The notes under the pieces: generated by a model | What the model was told of the DNA's origin: nothing | The model's database searches: none | Seen by the model: only the letters and a program-made list of their open reading frames with translations | Shown: positions 24,575 to 37,584 of the stretch, piece after piece | Layout: every line of letters begins with the position of its first letter | Numbering within the stretch: position 1 is the first letter of the stretch | Origin: Takakia lepidozioides | Lineage: Eukaryota > Plantae > Bryophyta | Direction: 5' to 3' | Assembly (NCBI GenBank): GCA_030704615.1 | Contig: CM060731.1 | Span: 95,852,001 to 95,916,000, forward strand | Length of the DNA stretch: 64,000 nt | Translations under genes and position numbers: made by a program

Positions 24575-27553
24575 TTGTTCATCAAATACAGAGATGTATT
24601 TGCTTGGAGCTATGAGGATCTAAAAGGGATACCACCTGAAGTCTGTCAGCATAAGATTGAACTGGAACCAGGGTCAGTACCAATCAAGCAGGCGAGGTAT
24701 AGAATGAATCCCAACTACGCACAGAAGGTTGGAGAAGAGATAAAGAAGTTGGCTGAGGCTAAGTTTATATACCCAATAGAGTATACAACTTGGTTGTCAC
24801 CCATTGTTATAGTTCCCAAGAAGAATGGCAAACTAAGAGTATGTGTGAACTATAAGAAGCTGAATGCTTGTACGAAGAAAGATCCTTTCCCTTTGCCATT
24901 CACAGAAGCAGTATTAGACACTGTGGCAGGCCATGAGATGTACTCATTCATGGATGGCTTCAGTGGTTATAATCAAGTGCAAGTGGCAGAAGAAGACCAA
25001 GGGAAAACAGCTTTCATCACAGACTGGGGGGCTTATGCATACAAAGTCATGCCCTTTGGACTTTGTAATGCACCAGCGACCTTTCAGAGAGTGATAAGTG
25101 AATCTTTTCATGAGTATCTGGATGATTTCATGCAGGTATTCTTGGATGATTTCAGTGTGTACAGCTCTAAGAATGAGCACTTGCATAAATTGGAGTTATG
25201 CCTGGCCAGATGCAGGATGAGAGGTCTGGGCTTGAATCCAGAGAAGTGTACTTTCTGTGTGAACTCAGGGGTGCTTCTGGGACACATTGTGTGTAAGAAG
25301 GGACTTCTTGTGGATCCCAGGAAGACAGAGTCCATTAAAGTCTCTCCACCACCAGTGAATGTTAAGAGTTTAAGGAGATTCCTTGGGCAAACCAGTTATT
25401 ACAGAAGATTTGTCAAAAGGTATGCACAAATAGCAGCACCATTGAGCAAGCTTCTGAAGAAAGATGCAGTGTTTGCATGGACAGCTGAATGTCAACAGGC
25501 GTTTGAGGAACTTACACTGTCAGTAACAACTACACCTGTGCTGATTAACCCTCACTGGCATGTAGTATTTCATGTTCACTGCGATGCATCAGGAGAAGCG
25601 TTGGGAGCGGTGTTAGCCCAGAATGTTACAGGGAATATAGATTCACCTGTGTACTATGCTAGCCGGTTGATGAACAGTGCTGAGAGGAACTATAGCACAA
25701 CGGAAAGAGAAGCATTGGCAATGATCTATGCAGTGAAGAAATTCAGGCATTACCTATTGGGAAGAAAGTTTATGTTTTATGTGGATCACCAGGCTCTGAT
25801 ATATCTGGTGAACAAACCTTTGATAAGTGGAAGGATAGCGAGGTGGTTAATAATCTTGCATGAGTTTGAGTTCGAGGTTATTTACAAGCCTGGCCGTTTG
25901 CATCTTGTGGCAGATCATTTGTCACGACTAACAACAGGAGAGGCCGCCACAGGAGTGGACGATCAGTTACCTGATGCGAGTTTATTTGTAATGGAGGTGC
26001 AAGGAAGTGCAGATGAATGGTTAGATTGGCAGTGGCCAATCAGATACTACCTTGCTCATGGTCAGTGCCCACCTAGTTATGGTAAGGAGCAGAGGAAGAG
26101 AATTGCTATCAGAGCTTTACCTTATACTATGGTAGGAAGCAGAATGTATAAGTTAGGACCTGATGCTACCAGTAGAAAGATACTACTCGCAGGATACTGG
26201 TGGCCTACTTTGTTCAAAGATGTACATGAGTATTGTCAGAAGTGTGATGAATGTCAGAGGCTAGGACCTTTGCAGAGATCTGGAAGAATGGCCTTGCATC
26301 CTACAATGCCTACGGAACCATTTCAGAAATGGGGACTAGACTTTGTTGGACCAATTAATCCACCATCCAAGAATACACGAAACAGGTACATAATTACAGC
26401 CACTGATTATACTACAAAGTGGGTGGAAGCTAAAGCTTTGAGGGACAACACAGCCAAGTCCACAGCAAGGTTCCTGTACGAGAACATACTTACACGATTT
26501 GGATGTCCCTTAGAATTTATCAGTGATCAAGGAAGTCACTTCATGAATGAGACCATTGAGTTATTGACTAAAGAGTTTATGATTGTGCATAGAAAGAGTA
26601 CAACATATTACCCACAGGGTAATGGGCAGGCAGAGGCTACCAACAAAATACTATGTACTATCTTGGCTAAGATAGTCAATGCAAACAGAACGGATTGGGA
26701 TACAAAGCTGCTGACAGCTTTGTGGTCATACAGGACTTCATATAAAGTCACCACTAAGTATACACCATTCCAATTAGTTTATGGTATGGAAGCCTTACTT
26801 CCAGTGGAATTCCTGTTACCTACCATGAGAACGGAGTGGGGAAAAAGAATGGAATTGCAAGACTCCATCAAGGTCAGGAAACATGAATTATACCATGTGG
26901 AAGAAGTACGTGCTGATGCAGCTGATAATATGACCAGAATTCAGATGAAGCAAAAGGAACAGTTTGATGAAGGCAAATTAAAGACTTTTAAGACGGGGGA
27001 TTTGGTTCTATGGTTGCAGAAGAAAGGAAAGATTCAAGCTTCTAAGCTTAAATCACCATGGAAAGGACCTTATGTCATACAAAAGATGTATGATAACAAC
27101 ACAGCCATGTTACAAACCATTAACAAAGAAATGCTGGGAAGAGTCAATGCAAATAAGTTGAAGGGGTACAGTGGTATCCATGACAAACCCCTGCAGCATG
27201 ATTTGCATGTTGAACCGCAAGAGCAGTCACGGGCTGCACCAGTGTTACGAACGGAGTATGGAACACTTGTCGCTAGGCCCAGTATATATGACCGGGGTGG
27301 GCAAAACAAACGTGACACAGCCTATCACAGCCCATCACGGCGTGACACAGCCTATCACAGCCCATCACGACGTGACACAGCCAACCACAGCCCAGCAAGG
27401 CGCAACACAGCCTATCACAGCCCGTCACGACGTGACACAGCCAACCACAACCCCAAGGCGCAACACAGCCTATCACAACCTACCGCAGCGTGTCACAGCC
27501 TATCACAGCTTACCACAGTGCAACACAGCCTATCACAGCGTAACACAGTATGA
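24575..27553 (+). CDS. pol: Family C pol: RT, RNase H, integrase
   Basis: MDGFSGYNQ, MPFGLCNAP, FLDD, HCDAS, TEREALA, WGLDFVGP, SDQG, QAE, WKGPY. Confidence 0.96.
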   Translation: MFIKYRDVFAWSYEDLKGIPPEVCQHKIELEPGSVPIKQARYRMNPNYAQKVGEEIKKLAEAKFIYPIEYTTWLSPIVIVPKKNGKLRVCVNYKKLNACTKKDPFPLPFTEAVLDTVAGHEMYSFMDGFSGYNQVQVAEEDQGKTAFITDWGAYAYKVMPFGLCNAPATFQRVISESFHEYLDDFMQVFLDDFSVYSSKNEHLHKLELCLARCRMRGLGLNPEKCTFCVNSGVLLGHIVCKKGLLVDPRKTESIKVSPPPVNVKSLRRFLGQTSYYRRFVKRYAQIAAPLSKLLKKDAVFAWTAECQQAFEELTLSVTTTPVLINPHWHVVFHVHCDASGEALGAVLAQNVTGNIDSPVYYASRLMNSAERNYSTTEREALAMIYAVKKFRHYLLGRKFMFYVDHQALIYLVNKPLISGRIARWLIILHEFEFEVIYKPGRLHLVADHLSRLTTGEAATGVDDQLPDASLFVMEVQGSADEWLDWQWPIRYYLAHGQCPPSYGKEQRKRIAIRALPYTMVGSRMYKLGPDATSRKILLAGYWWPTLFKDVHEYCQKCDECQRLGPLQRSGRMALHPTMPTEPFQKWGLDFVGPINPPSKNTRNRYIITATDYTTKWVEAKALRDNTAKSTARFLYENILTRFGCPLEFISDQGSHFMNETIELLTKEFMIVHRKSTTYYPQGNGQAEATNKILCTILAKIVNANRTDWDTKLLTALWSYRTSYKVTTKYTPFQLVYGMEALLPVEFLLPTMRTEWGKRMELQDSIKVRKHELYHVEEVRADAADNMTRIQMKQKEQFDEGKLKTFKTGDLVLWLQKKGKIQASKLKSPWKGPYVIQKMYDNNTAMLQTINKEMLGRVNANKLKGYSGIHDKPLQHDLHVEPQEQSRAAPVLRTEYGTLVARPSIYDRGGQNKRDTAYHSPSRRDTAYHSPSRRDTANHSPARRNTAYHSPSRRDTANHNPKAQHSLSQPTAACHSLSQLTTVQHSLSQRNTV

Positions 27554-27582
27554 CACAGCCTGTCACAGCTCAACACAGCCTA
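27310..27582 (+). repeat. 30-bp tandem repeat (CACAGCC motif) at the 3' end of pol
   Basis: CGTGACACAGCCTATCACAGCCCATCACGG-like units translating as RRDTAYHSPS. Confidence 0.85.
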
Positions 27583-28269
27583 CTAAAGTTACACCATCCA
27601 TAGAATCAGTGACAAGTGGACACATAATAACTTCAGGAAAATGGATGACGGAAGAGGAAACGGAAATTACTTTAAAAATAGACACGTGGAGGTCAGGGTG
27701 CGACACACAGCAGAGAATGAAGTGCAAGGACAGGTGTCAAAAAGAAAGAGGAAAGAACGGCCGTCAAATGGGATGAAAGGCGGGCCCATTAATGAATACG
27801 GAAAAAGGGAAACAGAACGAACGGCAAGTACAGAAAAGCTGAATTCATGTCGCATGTGTGATCCTAGTGGACTATCCAACAGGGAAAGTCCACTAAAGAA
27901 GATAAAAGTTAAAATCCAGTCACAGCGGATACAGCCAATAGAAAACCAGAGAAATGATCAAGAAAATGGAGGGAAATTGAGCGCAAGAGGCGGCGTCGTT
28001 CTGAGTAACGGGCGTCTCGACAGGACAGGCCATAAATGCTATAACTTGGAAACTATGGAGGAACTAACAGACTATACGCTCGCAATATTACTTACGCAAT
28101 GGCAGAGACACGAAACGAAAGAGCAGAGCTTTTCTCTTGAACAATGCTTGCAAGCCCCGCAGGCTTACAAGAGATTACCCATAGCTTTCTGCGGCAACCA
28201 TACGTTTCTGCTTTGTGCACTACAGGCATTCCTGCAGTTGTTACAGCCAAAGCAGTTCTGTGAGTCTAA

Positions 28270-31200
28270 GATGAAGAGAGTGAGAGGAATGGAGGAAATC
28301 AGGGTGAAGAGCACCACAATTCTGCAGAAACAAACGATGGCTACCCCACAGGCGATAAAGATACTGGAGGAGCTGAGATTGGAAGGATTGCAAAGCTAGA
28401 TTGGACACTACACCATAGACAGTACATGTTACAATTTTTGCAGAACTTTGAGCCAAGGACAGGAACAACAACGGTGAAGGGAGTTGAATTAATGATTACT
28501 CCCCTATACCTCCAGCAATTGTTTCGATTGCCAGCAGGTCAGGTGCATGTGGAGGAACACAGGGCAAGACTGCAAATAGGGGACTTATTCCAAGAAGGGA
28601 GTTTCTTTAAAACTCAGGGTTATGCTTGTACCAAAGCTGTGTACCCAGGGTTAAAAGAGATAGGCCAGGTATTGAACGTTCTGATTGCCCTGAAACAGAA
28701 CCAACAATATTTGAGCAGATCCTTCACAGAGGAAATACTCAAAGGCCTGAAGGGACAAGAGGTACAATGGGCGGACATAATGTACAACGCACTGGTAGAG
28801 GAGATGAAAAGATTACAAGGTACTACCGCAAAGTCTCCTATCATAGTGTCTGGCCCAATCATTGCTCAAATAATCCTTAATTCTGGCATACTTAATGCAC
28901 AAGAAAGGAAGGAAATGGGAGTGTTTGAGCCAGAAACAACTGCAATGGAAGAGCAAGGCTCTTCACACAGTGAGGGTGGACTAGCAGCACAACCCGAGAC
29001 TAAGAGGCAGAGAAGGGGAAAGACTGTAGTGGCGGATCCACTGGCTTCACGGATTCCGCATGATAATGTTTCCCAAGCTCATGACCAGGAAGGGGCACAG
29101 CAGCACAAAAGAATGTTATTACTGGAAGCAGGACCTTCAGAGAGGGAGGAGGAAGTTACTTCTGCATCACCCAACACAGCCACTTGAACGACTTGTCACA
29201 AGGTCACAAGTTATCCATGCAGCTCAACCCGAAATAATTGATTTGGAAAGTGAAGGGATAGATATTCCAACTACAGAACAGATAGTGGCAGAAATAGAGA
29301 AAGGGGACCTTCTCTATGAATATTCTGGTCTGGTAAGGAGACAGAAATCCCAGAGGTGCAACAGTTGCCCAAGGGAAATCCTGAGGTGCATATAATGCAC
29401 ACACCTGTGTCGGAGGTACCACAGGCGGAAGGTCATGACACTGTAGCACCGGTCATAGATGAAGTAGTTCAGGAAGAAAATCCGGTGGGACAATGGTCTG
29501 AATGGTTAGTGAGACATCATACTGTTGAAGATCAGGAGGAACAGCAGCAACCTCACCATGATGACCCTCAACAGGCAATGCTGATGAGTTCCATAGGCAG
29601 GACACTTAATTTGTTGGGGACTTATGTCAAAACCCATGTTCCAATTACCCAATTGACAGCCTTGAAAGAAGAACTCAGGAAGGAGTTTGAGGCTCGACTT
29701 GCCACTGAGTGTGCAAACAAGGTCGATGAAGAGGTCACTCTCAAGATGAAGCAGGACTTGGCCAATACAGAAATGGCTTTGCAATTGGCCAAGCAACAAT
29801 TGATTGAGGCAGGCCTCGCGCAAGACCAGTTGCACGAAGCACATAAGCAACAGCTATACCAAATGCAGGTGCAGCATGAAAGCAAGTTGCAAGAACTGAA
29901 TGCACTACATACGGAGTTGCAGACAGTGCATAACAGGATGGCGATACAATGCGCTACATTTACAACTATGCTTGACCAATCAACAAAAGAAATAAACAGT
30001 CAAGCGGAAAAATGTACGAAGGCAGAAGAAGAGAATGTGGAGCACATGAAGCTCATTGTCGATATGAAGAATACAATCTGTCGCAATGAAGATACTTTCA
30101 AGCAATACAGGCAGATGGAAGCTGAGCAAGAGAAATACATCGTGGAGTTGCAACAAACCATCGTGGCCAATAGAAATGAAATCGCGGTCAGTAACAAGGC
30201 TTCGAAGGAAGCCAATAATCTACTTGCTGCCTATGCGCAATTGGTTGAGCCACAGGCGAAGCGCATGGAGGCTTTACAACAGCAGTTGGAATTGTACAAG
30301 CTAAGAGAGGAGCAAACTCTCAGGGGAACCACAAGCAGCTTGGTGGATAACAGCCTTATGCAGGTCTGGTTAGCACAAGGGCCAGTAGAGGGCAAAAGCC
30401 CACGGAAGCTCACCCAAAGCGAGATGAATGAGCTCAGACTGCAGGTGCAGAACATTGCCACAACTACTATAGACAATGTCTATAGTAGGATAGCAGAGTT
30501 ACAAGAGGATGTAGACGGACTCCAGACTCAAGTGGAAGACCTCACTTCAAACATCGACCAAAGAGTCTATATCCCTCAGGAACAGCTAATGGCTTCTTAT
30601 TTGCAAGCCAGAACTCTGGCTTTTCAGTCTTCACAGGAGGTGCAGGAGATGCCAATGGTACAGGAACCAGTACCACCACCACCACAACAGGTCAGTGTAC
30701 CAGTAGCTGAACCTGTGGTTACTACAACCACACCACAGCCACCACAGCCGGAGGTATGGGGCAATGCAGCTTTTAACCCACCTAAAACTCCAGCTGCCAG
30801 GGAGTACAGTAGGGCTATGATTATGCCCTTCAACCAAATTCCCATCATGTTGGATTTGGCTTGGAAAGAATTTAGTCCTCCGCAGTCATTCGCACATTAC
30901 TACCAAATCATGCGTATTTGGCTGCCAGTGGCAACCAGGACTAAAGTTCTTCCAAACAATCGACATATTGAAGATCATCACTTTGCACAATACTGGCACG
31001 AGGCAGGTACCATGTTGAGGGAATTGGTTGCTTTCCAGGTTGTACATGGACTCATTTATACCAAGACCAAGGAGATAGCAAGTATTGTCATGGGGTGCGG
31101 GCTATACTACGCTGCTTGTTTTCTGATACGTTACCACATTGAGCAACAAAAGATGCAAGCACGCTTTCAAAGTTACTCCAGTGGAGATCATTGGGTATTA

Positions 31201-31824
31201 CCTTCGGTGCCACCTCATATGTACCTATATGACCCAAAAGTTATGATACAGAAGGATTCTCAAATTCGTTCATGGTTTCAAGCAGCCTGCAACAATTTGT
31301 CAACACAGAAATTCGGACTTGATGACATTTTCTATAAGGGACATATCGCATGGAAATACTTGCACGCTGCACCAGTAATTGGTACCCCACTCATCTGGAC
31401 AGACAAGGAGCTCAGTGTCTACACCAATTTTGCTGTTCAACGGTTACACCAGGTTGTAAAATGCAAACTTCCAGACATGGTAGGACAGCATTGTATGCCC
31501 CAGATGATTCCACAAAAAGTTCGAAAATTAAAACACCTGAGAGGCGATGAGGATTCTGATACAACTGTTTCTTCACAGAATTCTTTTGACATGGGAGAAG
31601 ACTATGCAATTCAGATGGAAGAGAAGAAACAAAGGGGATCTCCTATGCCGGAAAGATTACCTCGATATCAGCCTCCAGAAGGCCTCACTTATCCAGGTAG
31701 TGATCAACCATCTCCGTCAACCAGAGACAGACCTCGGGCTCGTACACACAGCCCGCCACGAAACTCTCAACGTCAACAAGGTGCTCACTCACAAAGGGTT
31801 GCTACTCGAAACAGTAAACCGTGA
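28270..31824 (+). CDS. Long 3' accessory ORF in the env position; probably one frameshifted ORF with a coiled coil
   Basis: Overlapping frames 28426-29187, 29060-29395 and 29356-31824; N-terminal QFLQNF..TVKG..LFRLP resembles plant retrotransposon accessory proteins; E/Q/K/L heptads; second copy at 9961-14197. Confidence 0.7.
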
Positions 31825-31838
31825 GGACACGGCTTTTT

Positions 31839-31852
31839 GAGGGAGGAAGGGG
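31839..31852 (+). promoter_or_regulatory. Polypurine tract
   Basis: GAGGGAGGAAGGGG, 3 nt before the 3' LTR. Confidence 0.9.
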
Positions 31853-31855
31853 TAA

Positions 31856-32795
31856 TGTTAGAGGACTGTAGGGGACTTAGACACTTATACGGGATCTGTA
31901 GGGTACCCTTAATTTTTGCACAGACTGAGACAAACAGGAACCTTAGGGGTGACAGCAGCGCACTGTAGAGGGGGTTACATAGCCCACACACCCCACACCC
32001 GACACAGCAGTCACAGCCCACACAGCCAACACAGCCCGTCACAGTCGTCACAGCCCACACAGCCGTCACAGCCCACACAGCCCACACAGCCCGTCACAGT
32101 CGTCACAGCCCACACAGCCCACACAGCCGTCACACAACCCACACAGCCAAACACAGCCAGTCACCGCTTGACACAGCTGTCACGATAATAGGGAACGAAG
32201 AGTAGGACAGGGAACGACTGTGGGGAACAACACCTGTGAAGGGAACATGTTAATTCACATACGACGGTTAGAGAGGGAAACGGTTAGAACCGCGGATAGG
32301 AGGATAAAGGGAGAAACGGGGAATGAAGAAGGGATTATGATTCGGGGAGGAGGATTTCGGAGTGAGACGGAGCGGAAGTCGGTGAGCACGATGAAGGAGG
32401 AAAGAGGATTAGTAGATGCTGTTATATGCAAAGCTGTAGGGATATTGTAGAGGAGATAGAGACACAATGGCTTCGGCCTGATACCTGATAAATCATAATC
32501 TGATACTTATACGATACAATCACACATGTGTAGAGAGATCTGAGTGAAGCTGTGGATTGAATGGAGGAGTGAAGGAAACCGATAAATTGATGAAGCAAAC
32601 TGATACTTAATTATCAATGGTAAGGTAGCTAAGATTGCGGAAAAGGAAACAAATAGGAAACACCCCCATGATACACTAGCTGTAGGTCATGACTGATGTT
32701 CTGCGCGGGCTGAGTACTTAGAGATTTCCAACTCTTCTATCTTGGAGTTTCCGCCTCGGATAGCGAAGGGATGGGTGAGTAAAAGCCGCGCGACA
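31856..32795 (+). repeat. Family C 3' LTR
   Basis: TG...CA followed by TSD GACTC. Confidence 0.96.
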
Positions 32796-33419
32796 GACTC
32801 CTCCAAATTTGGAAATGGTGCGGCGATTAAACAATTATTAAAATAATAGTTTTTTTATTTGACCTTGCCTTTTTTGGACGTTCCAATCATGTATGCGGCA
32901 AAGATATTCGTCAGTAACAAGTCCGCTCATGGTTTTTTAGATCCGCTCATGAAATAAGTGACCGTGCAACGGGAAATCCAGTATACCACTGCAAAACGAC
33001 GTCGCATACTGGCCTATATAGAGTAATTCCCGCGGTTTTACATGCCTTAACATTGGAATCAAGCTGACCCTTTGCCGCGATTGAACCAATGGAGTCTGCA
33101 CCAATAAAGTCTGTAGTACTTCACAATTCTGTCTTCTTCGGGTATTCGGCGGGAAAGGTTTGCAACTGAACTGGGAAATAAGGTGCCGCATTACGGTTGG
33201 CACGTGCGAAAATTTCGGGCGGTTTGGTGTTGGCGAAGGCCCCTCTACCAGTACCTACGACGATACTTGAAAATGCGGCGCCGCATTTCCTTGTCGGAGT
33301 CGAATGAGGAAAGCAAGTTTTCGGAAAGCAGAAAAACATGAACCCTCCAACATACAAAATACATGCACGTGGAAACAAGTGAACGATATAGTAATATCTT
33401 AGTTCGAGCAAAACAGTTA

Positions 33420-36400
33420 CTGGCTACTGGTCCCCTGGATCCATATTCAGAAGGGTGAACCTCCTGGGGGCTCAACCCTGGTGCATGTATGAAGTGATGA
33501 GTTTGTGAATTACAACGGAGTCTCTTTAGGTACACGTAGTACAAATGCTTGCAAGGGCAGTATGATGCCCCCTTGTTCGCCATGATCTGGAAGTCGGTGC
33601 AATTGCAGGTGGGTAATTCTGAAATGGTGATGGTGTACACCTCATTGCGAACAGCTGAGCTACGTGGGCCATCTGATACACACGCCCGAATCCTGGTGGG
33701 GGCATTTCTGTCGAGCATGGATTGTAGTTCATTCATCCGAAGTGCATTCCCCATCCTTGTCTCGTTCACTTTTGAGGGAGGTCGCCGCCTCTTCGGTTTC
33801 CCCCAACGGTGTGTAGGATGCTAAGAGCTGTCGTGTCCCATTGTTCTTGCTCTCACAGGGGTCGGTGGTGGAGGCTGTGGAAGCGGAAATGGTTGTCTGG
33901 GGACGTCAGTGCGCTGCACCATCCGAAATCCTGCGGCGGTAAGGCGTCGGCCTCAACCTGACTCAGATCGCAGCCTGGTTCCACCGGCCACACCGGGGGA
34001 GCCTCTGGCATTGTTTGTATGCCGTACTTGGGCTTTCCATACACGCAAGTCATAATGTCGTGCCTGCAGAACCAGAACTGGGTGGTTGTCGCCTCCGCAA
34101 ACTTTGCATGGACAAATCTTCCTGTAAAAGTAGGAGCAGGGACAGCCCCATCTGGATTCCTCCTTATCATCTCTAAACATCGTTGCCGTGTATCCACACG
34201 AATTGCGGAACACCTTCCTCGAAACGACGGCTTTGTGCGAGCAATTCTCCACTGTGATGCAGACACAGTCGTCTCCACAATGGCTTGGCCATACTGCATA
34301 ACAGCGGGCGGAATCTGGGGCAAGGGAGCGGTGGGAATTTCTCGCACGAAATCCCCGTTGAAGGCGACGGCGATCTGGAATTTCTTGGGCTTCCACTGCT
34401 GGAAGACACATTGTGCGGCAACATGACGGGACCTCGAGGTGTTGTCCGAATGTTCCTGTCGGATCTCCAGGAATCCTCTTCGCACCCGGGTTCCTCTTCA
34501 ATCCTCCGCCTCACAGGGCGAGTCCGGACGTCCCCCTCTAGGTGTTCACCTCTGCGGTGCAGAGGCGTCCCTTTGATCTTCTCTCGCAATGCTGTCGCCC
34601 ATTTCAGTGGATTCTTGGACCTCGAAGCTGTTCGTACCAACAATTCCTCCCTGTCCGGCCCAAAGCCCCATTGTTTGCCGCTCAAGAACTTGTAGTACGT
34701 GGCTTGCTGCATGATTGCTCTGTCGATGTCCTCCGTTGTGGCCGTCACTACGTCCACCAGATGTGCGGCAGAAGACGCTCGCCAGGAGGAGTGGACCGAT
34801 TCTGCCATATTCGTGTTCGGCATGTCCGTGTCGGAATCCAAGCACCGCTCCTAGAAGGACACAACAATGGTGAGGGACCAATCGAAATGTCCGTAACAGA
34901 AAGACAATGAACGAAAATGACAGCAGCCTACCTCCCGCATGTACTGTCCGAACTGTCGATACCAAAATGCCACCACCCCAACCAGCTATGCAATGCTCCC
35001 AGATTGGTTGTCTCCACTGCACCTGACGTGTTCCACCAGCCTCGATGATAGCAAACTTAACCTCCGCGTCATCAAATGTGGGTGCATCCTTCCACGCCGT
35101 ACAAAGGACACGGTGTTCAGCCTGGAATGAGCTAGCAACAAATTTGGAAGTGTAGTGGATAGACTCTGCATCCAATGGAATCCACAGGATCTCTCTTTCC
35201 CCTCCATTGGAACATTGGGTCCTCACCGTACACACGCCGCACCACTGCCCAGTTGGCCTGAGCGTTGTCTGCCATGAATCCCCTGAAATTGGGCTCTGGC
35301 AATCCCGCCCTTGCCATCTGCTCGTTTATGCCCTCCCACAGATGCATCTCGGACTGTGTGTCCTCCCCTTTCATCTCGCAGATTGCAATCGTCATGAGCC
35401 TCTTGGAGTGATAGTCATAAACATGCGCACCCATAGTCACCCACTGATGGTTTGTAATTCGCTTGATGTGATCAAACATCACCCAAGCATTCGACAAGTT
35501 TCCAGTTGTCATGCGAGTGACCAAGTCGACTCCACTCCCAGGCCCACACGTCGACATTTTGAAAATGTAACAACGATCGGATTCGCTGCCTTGCCCTGGA
35601 AACCTGCTACCTTGGATGTAGTCATATCCAGTCATTCGTTTCACCTCCAGGATTGAGTACATGTCCGACCCCCTGCCGAACTCCTGCTTGCAAGATACGA
35701 TGTGATTCCGCACATTCGGACTACAAACGTGCGAGACGGACTCCAAGAGGTCACGCATCTCGTCTTCGGTCAAGGGCTCTCAGTCGGAACCATCTTCAGA
35801 CATTATTTTGCCAAGAGCAATCTTGTGGGCTGCCTTCAGCTGAATCTGCTTTGGTCTGGCTCCGGGGCTCAATTTCACCTCCTCTTTTATGATGTCGTGT
35901 GCTTCCTGGACAGCCTCACGCATGTTGCCTCTCGCCAAGGGGTGGCAGTGGACCCCAACGTGTATGCAAGCTCTAGTCAAGTCCGGGAGCAAATGGATTA
36001 CGTAATATTGCTTGGCTCTGCACATGGACATGCACGTCGGTGGTTCTTTGCAATGTGCACACTTGAAAGTACCCGCATGAGCTTGGCTGGAGACAATGAA
36101 TGGATGATGCGTTGTGCCAGTCCAATCCGTCTCGTTTCTCCGCCCTCCTTTGGAGAGAAAGTGGAAGCAGGTGGGATTGAGGCACCTCAGCTTCCCCGCA
36201 CAGAGGACATATCGTACACGAACACCATCAGCAATTTTCGTGCTACTGGTCTTCGTCACACCACCAGGGGTGTCCGTCATGCTTTCGATCCATGTCTGTT
36301 AACATCCCGGAGGCTTTGTTTGACGAAGAAACAGGTGGAAACTCGAAGATGACATTGCCATCGACTTCGGGAGGCAGAAACGTTACCTTTCTGACTGGGA

Positions 36401-37022
36401 ATTTGGCATAGTCGAGAGCAGCCAGCTCGGAGCGAGAACCATCGAGGTGATTTGTCGTAGGAGCTGCACAATGGACCGGGTGGAGGAGTTATGCTCGAGG
36501 GCACATGCGTAGCACCTTCAGAGACGTCCATGCCGGATTTGAACGACCGTGTGGAGGACATGGGTACCTCAATGCAATCATCTTCCTCGTCGGAAATGTC
36601 GAATACGTCCACACGAGAAGCTATGGAGGGTCTTGACGGTCAAGGTCGGGAATGATTATCGTTGCATACCTCTCTGTTGGCAGTGGCCGCCTGTCGGTTT
36701 CCGGACTCCTTTGTGGATGGTGTGGGTAGCGACTGATTCGGAAAGGGAATGGGCATTCCCACAGCTCGGTACAGGATGGTGTCTGATGGGGGGACGCGCC
36801 ATTCCATTCCGCAACCTCCGTCGTTACCTAGCATGACAATGGTCTCGTCAACCTGCCCAGAAACATCCTTCCTTTCTTCTTCCAAATAAACTGTGCCCGG
36901 TTTGAGCTTGAATTTAGAACAAAGGTAAGTTTCAGTCACTCTGCAAAGTCCTCCCTCGTTTGGGATCCAGGCTCTCCAAGTTGGGGAGGACAGCAAACTA
37001 TAGCGTAGGAATTCGGAGCCAT
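33420..37022 (-). pseudogene. Mutator-like transposase copy 1, frameshifted; intron 34851-34931
   Basis: CAGKLRC..C..CAHC..C..HCHP zinc domain; WVMFDH, FMADN, NMAESVH; SWIM CNC..CKH. Confidence 0.85.
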
Positions 37023-37584
37023 CGAAGACCGCACGAAGTTGGCAAGTGCGAGGATCAGTATAGCGAGAACAAGGCTCACAGGCACCACGTCAGTGGTAAT
37101 GCGGAGTCCATCGCCGATGGAAGTAGAAGTATTGTTTCAAGCTACATGCATGAAGGTGGGCGGTGTGATTCCAATGCAGTAAGTGTCACAATGATGGCCG
37201 ATTCGGCGACGAAATAACATCTCCTGACATGGATCAAGTAGAATTCGGGGTGCAGACATGAACGTTCGCACTGTCAAGTGCCAGGGGTGCTAGTTAAAAC
37301 GGTTAGATACCCAAGTTGTGCTCATTAACACAGGCCGCAATTGTGTTTTTCGGAGCACTGCAACCCATTGCACATGGATGAATGGAAGGCGGTCCGCAAC
37401 CCAGTTCGACATCATCCACTCCTTGATTTGTGATCGAAATGTGTGCCGGATTTTCGTCCGATTTCTTTCAATTGATCCAGACGGTTACCCATATTTGACC
37501 GGTGTGCTACTTTTCCTTGGCTGTTGGACGGAATATGGCGGCCGCATTTCAATTTTGAACTAGTCCAGGCCCCCGTGGCCTTAA

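Larger units (their letters stand above)
19747..32795 (+). mobile_element. Full-length family C Ty3/gypsy element (non-chromovirus, Athila/Tat-like), 13.0 kb
   Basis: Paired LTRs, perfect TSD GACTC (19742-19746, 32796-32800), PBS, PPT, gag-PR-RT-RH-IN order, extra 5' and 3' ORFs. Confidence 0.97.
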
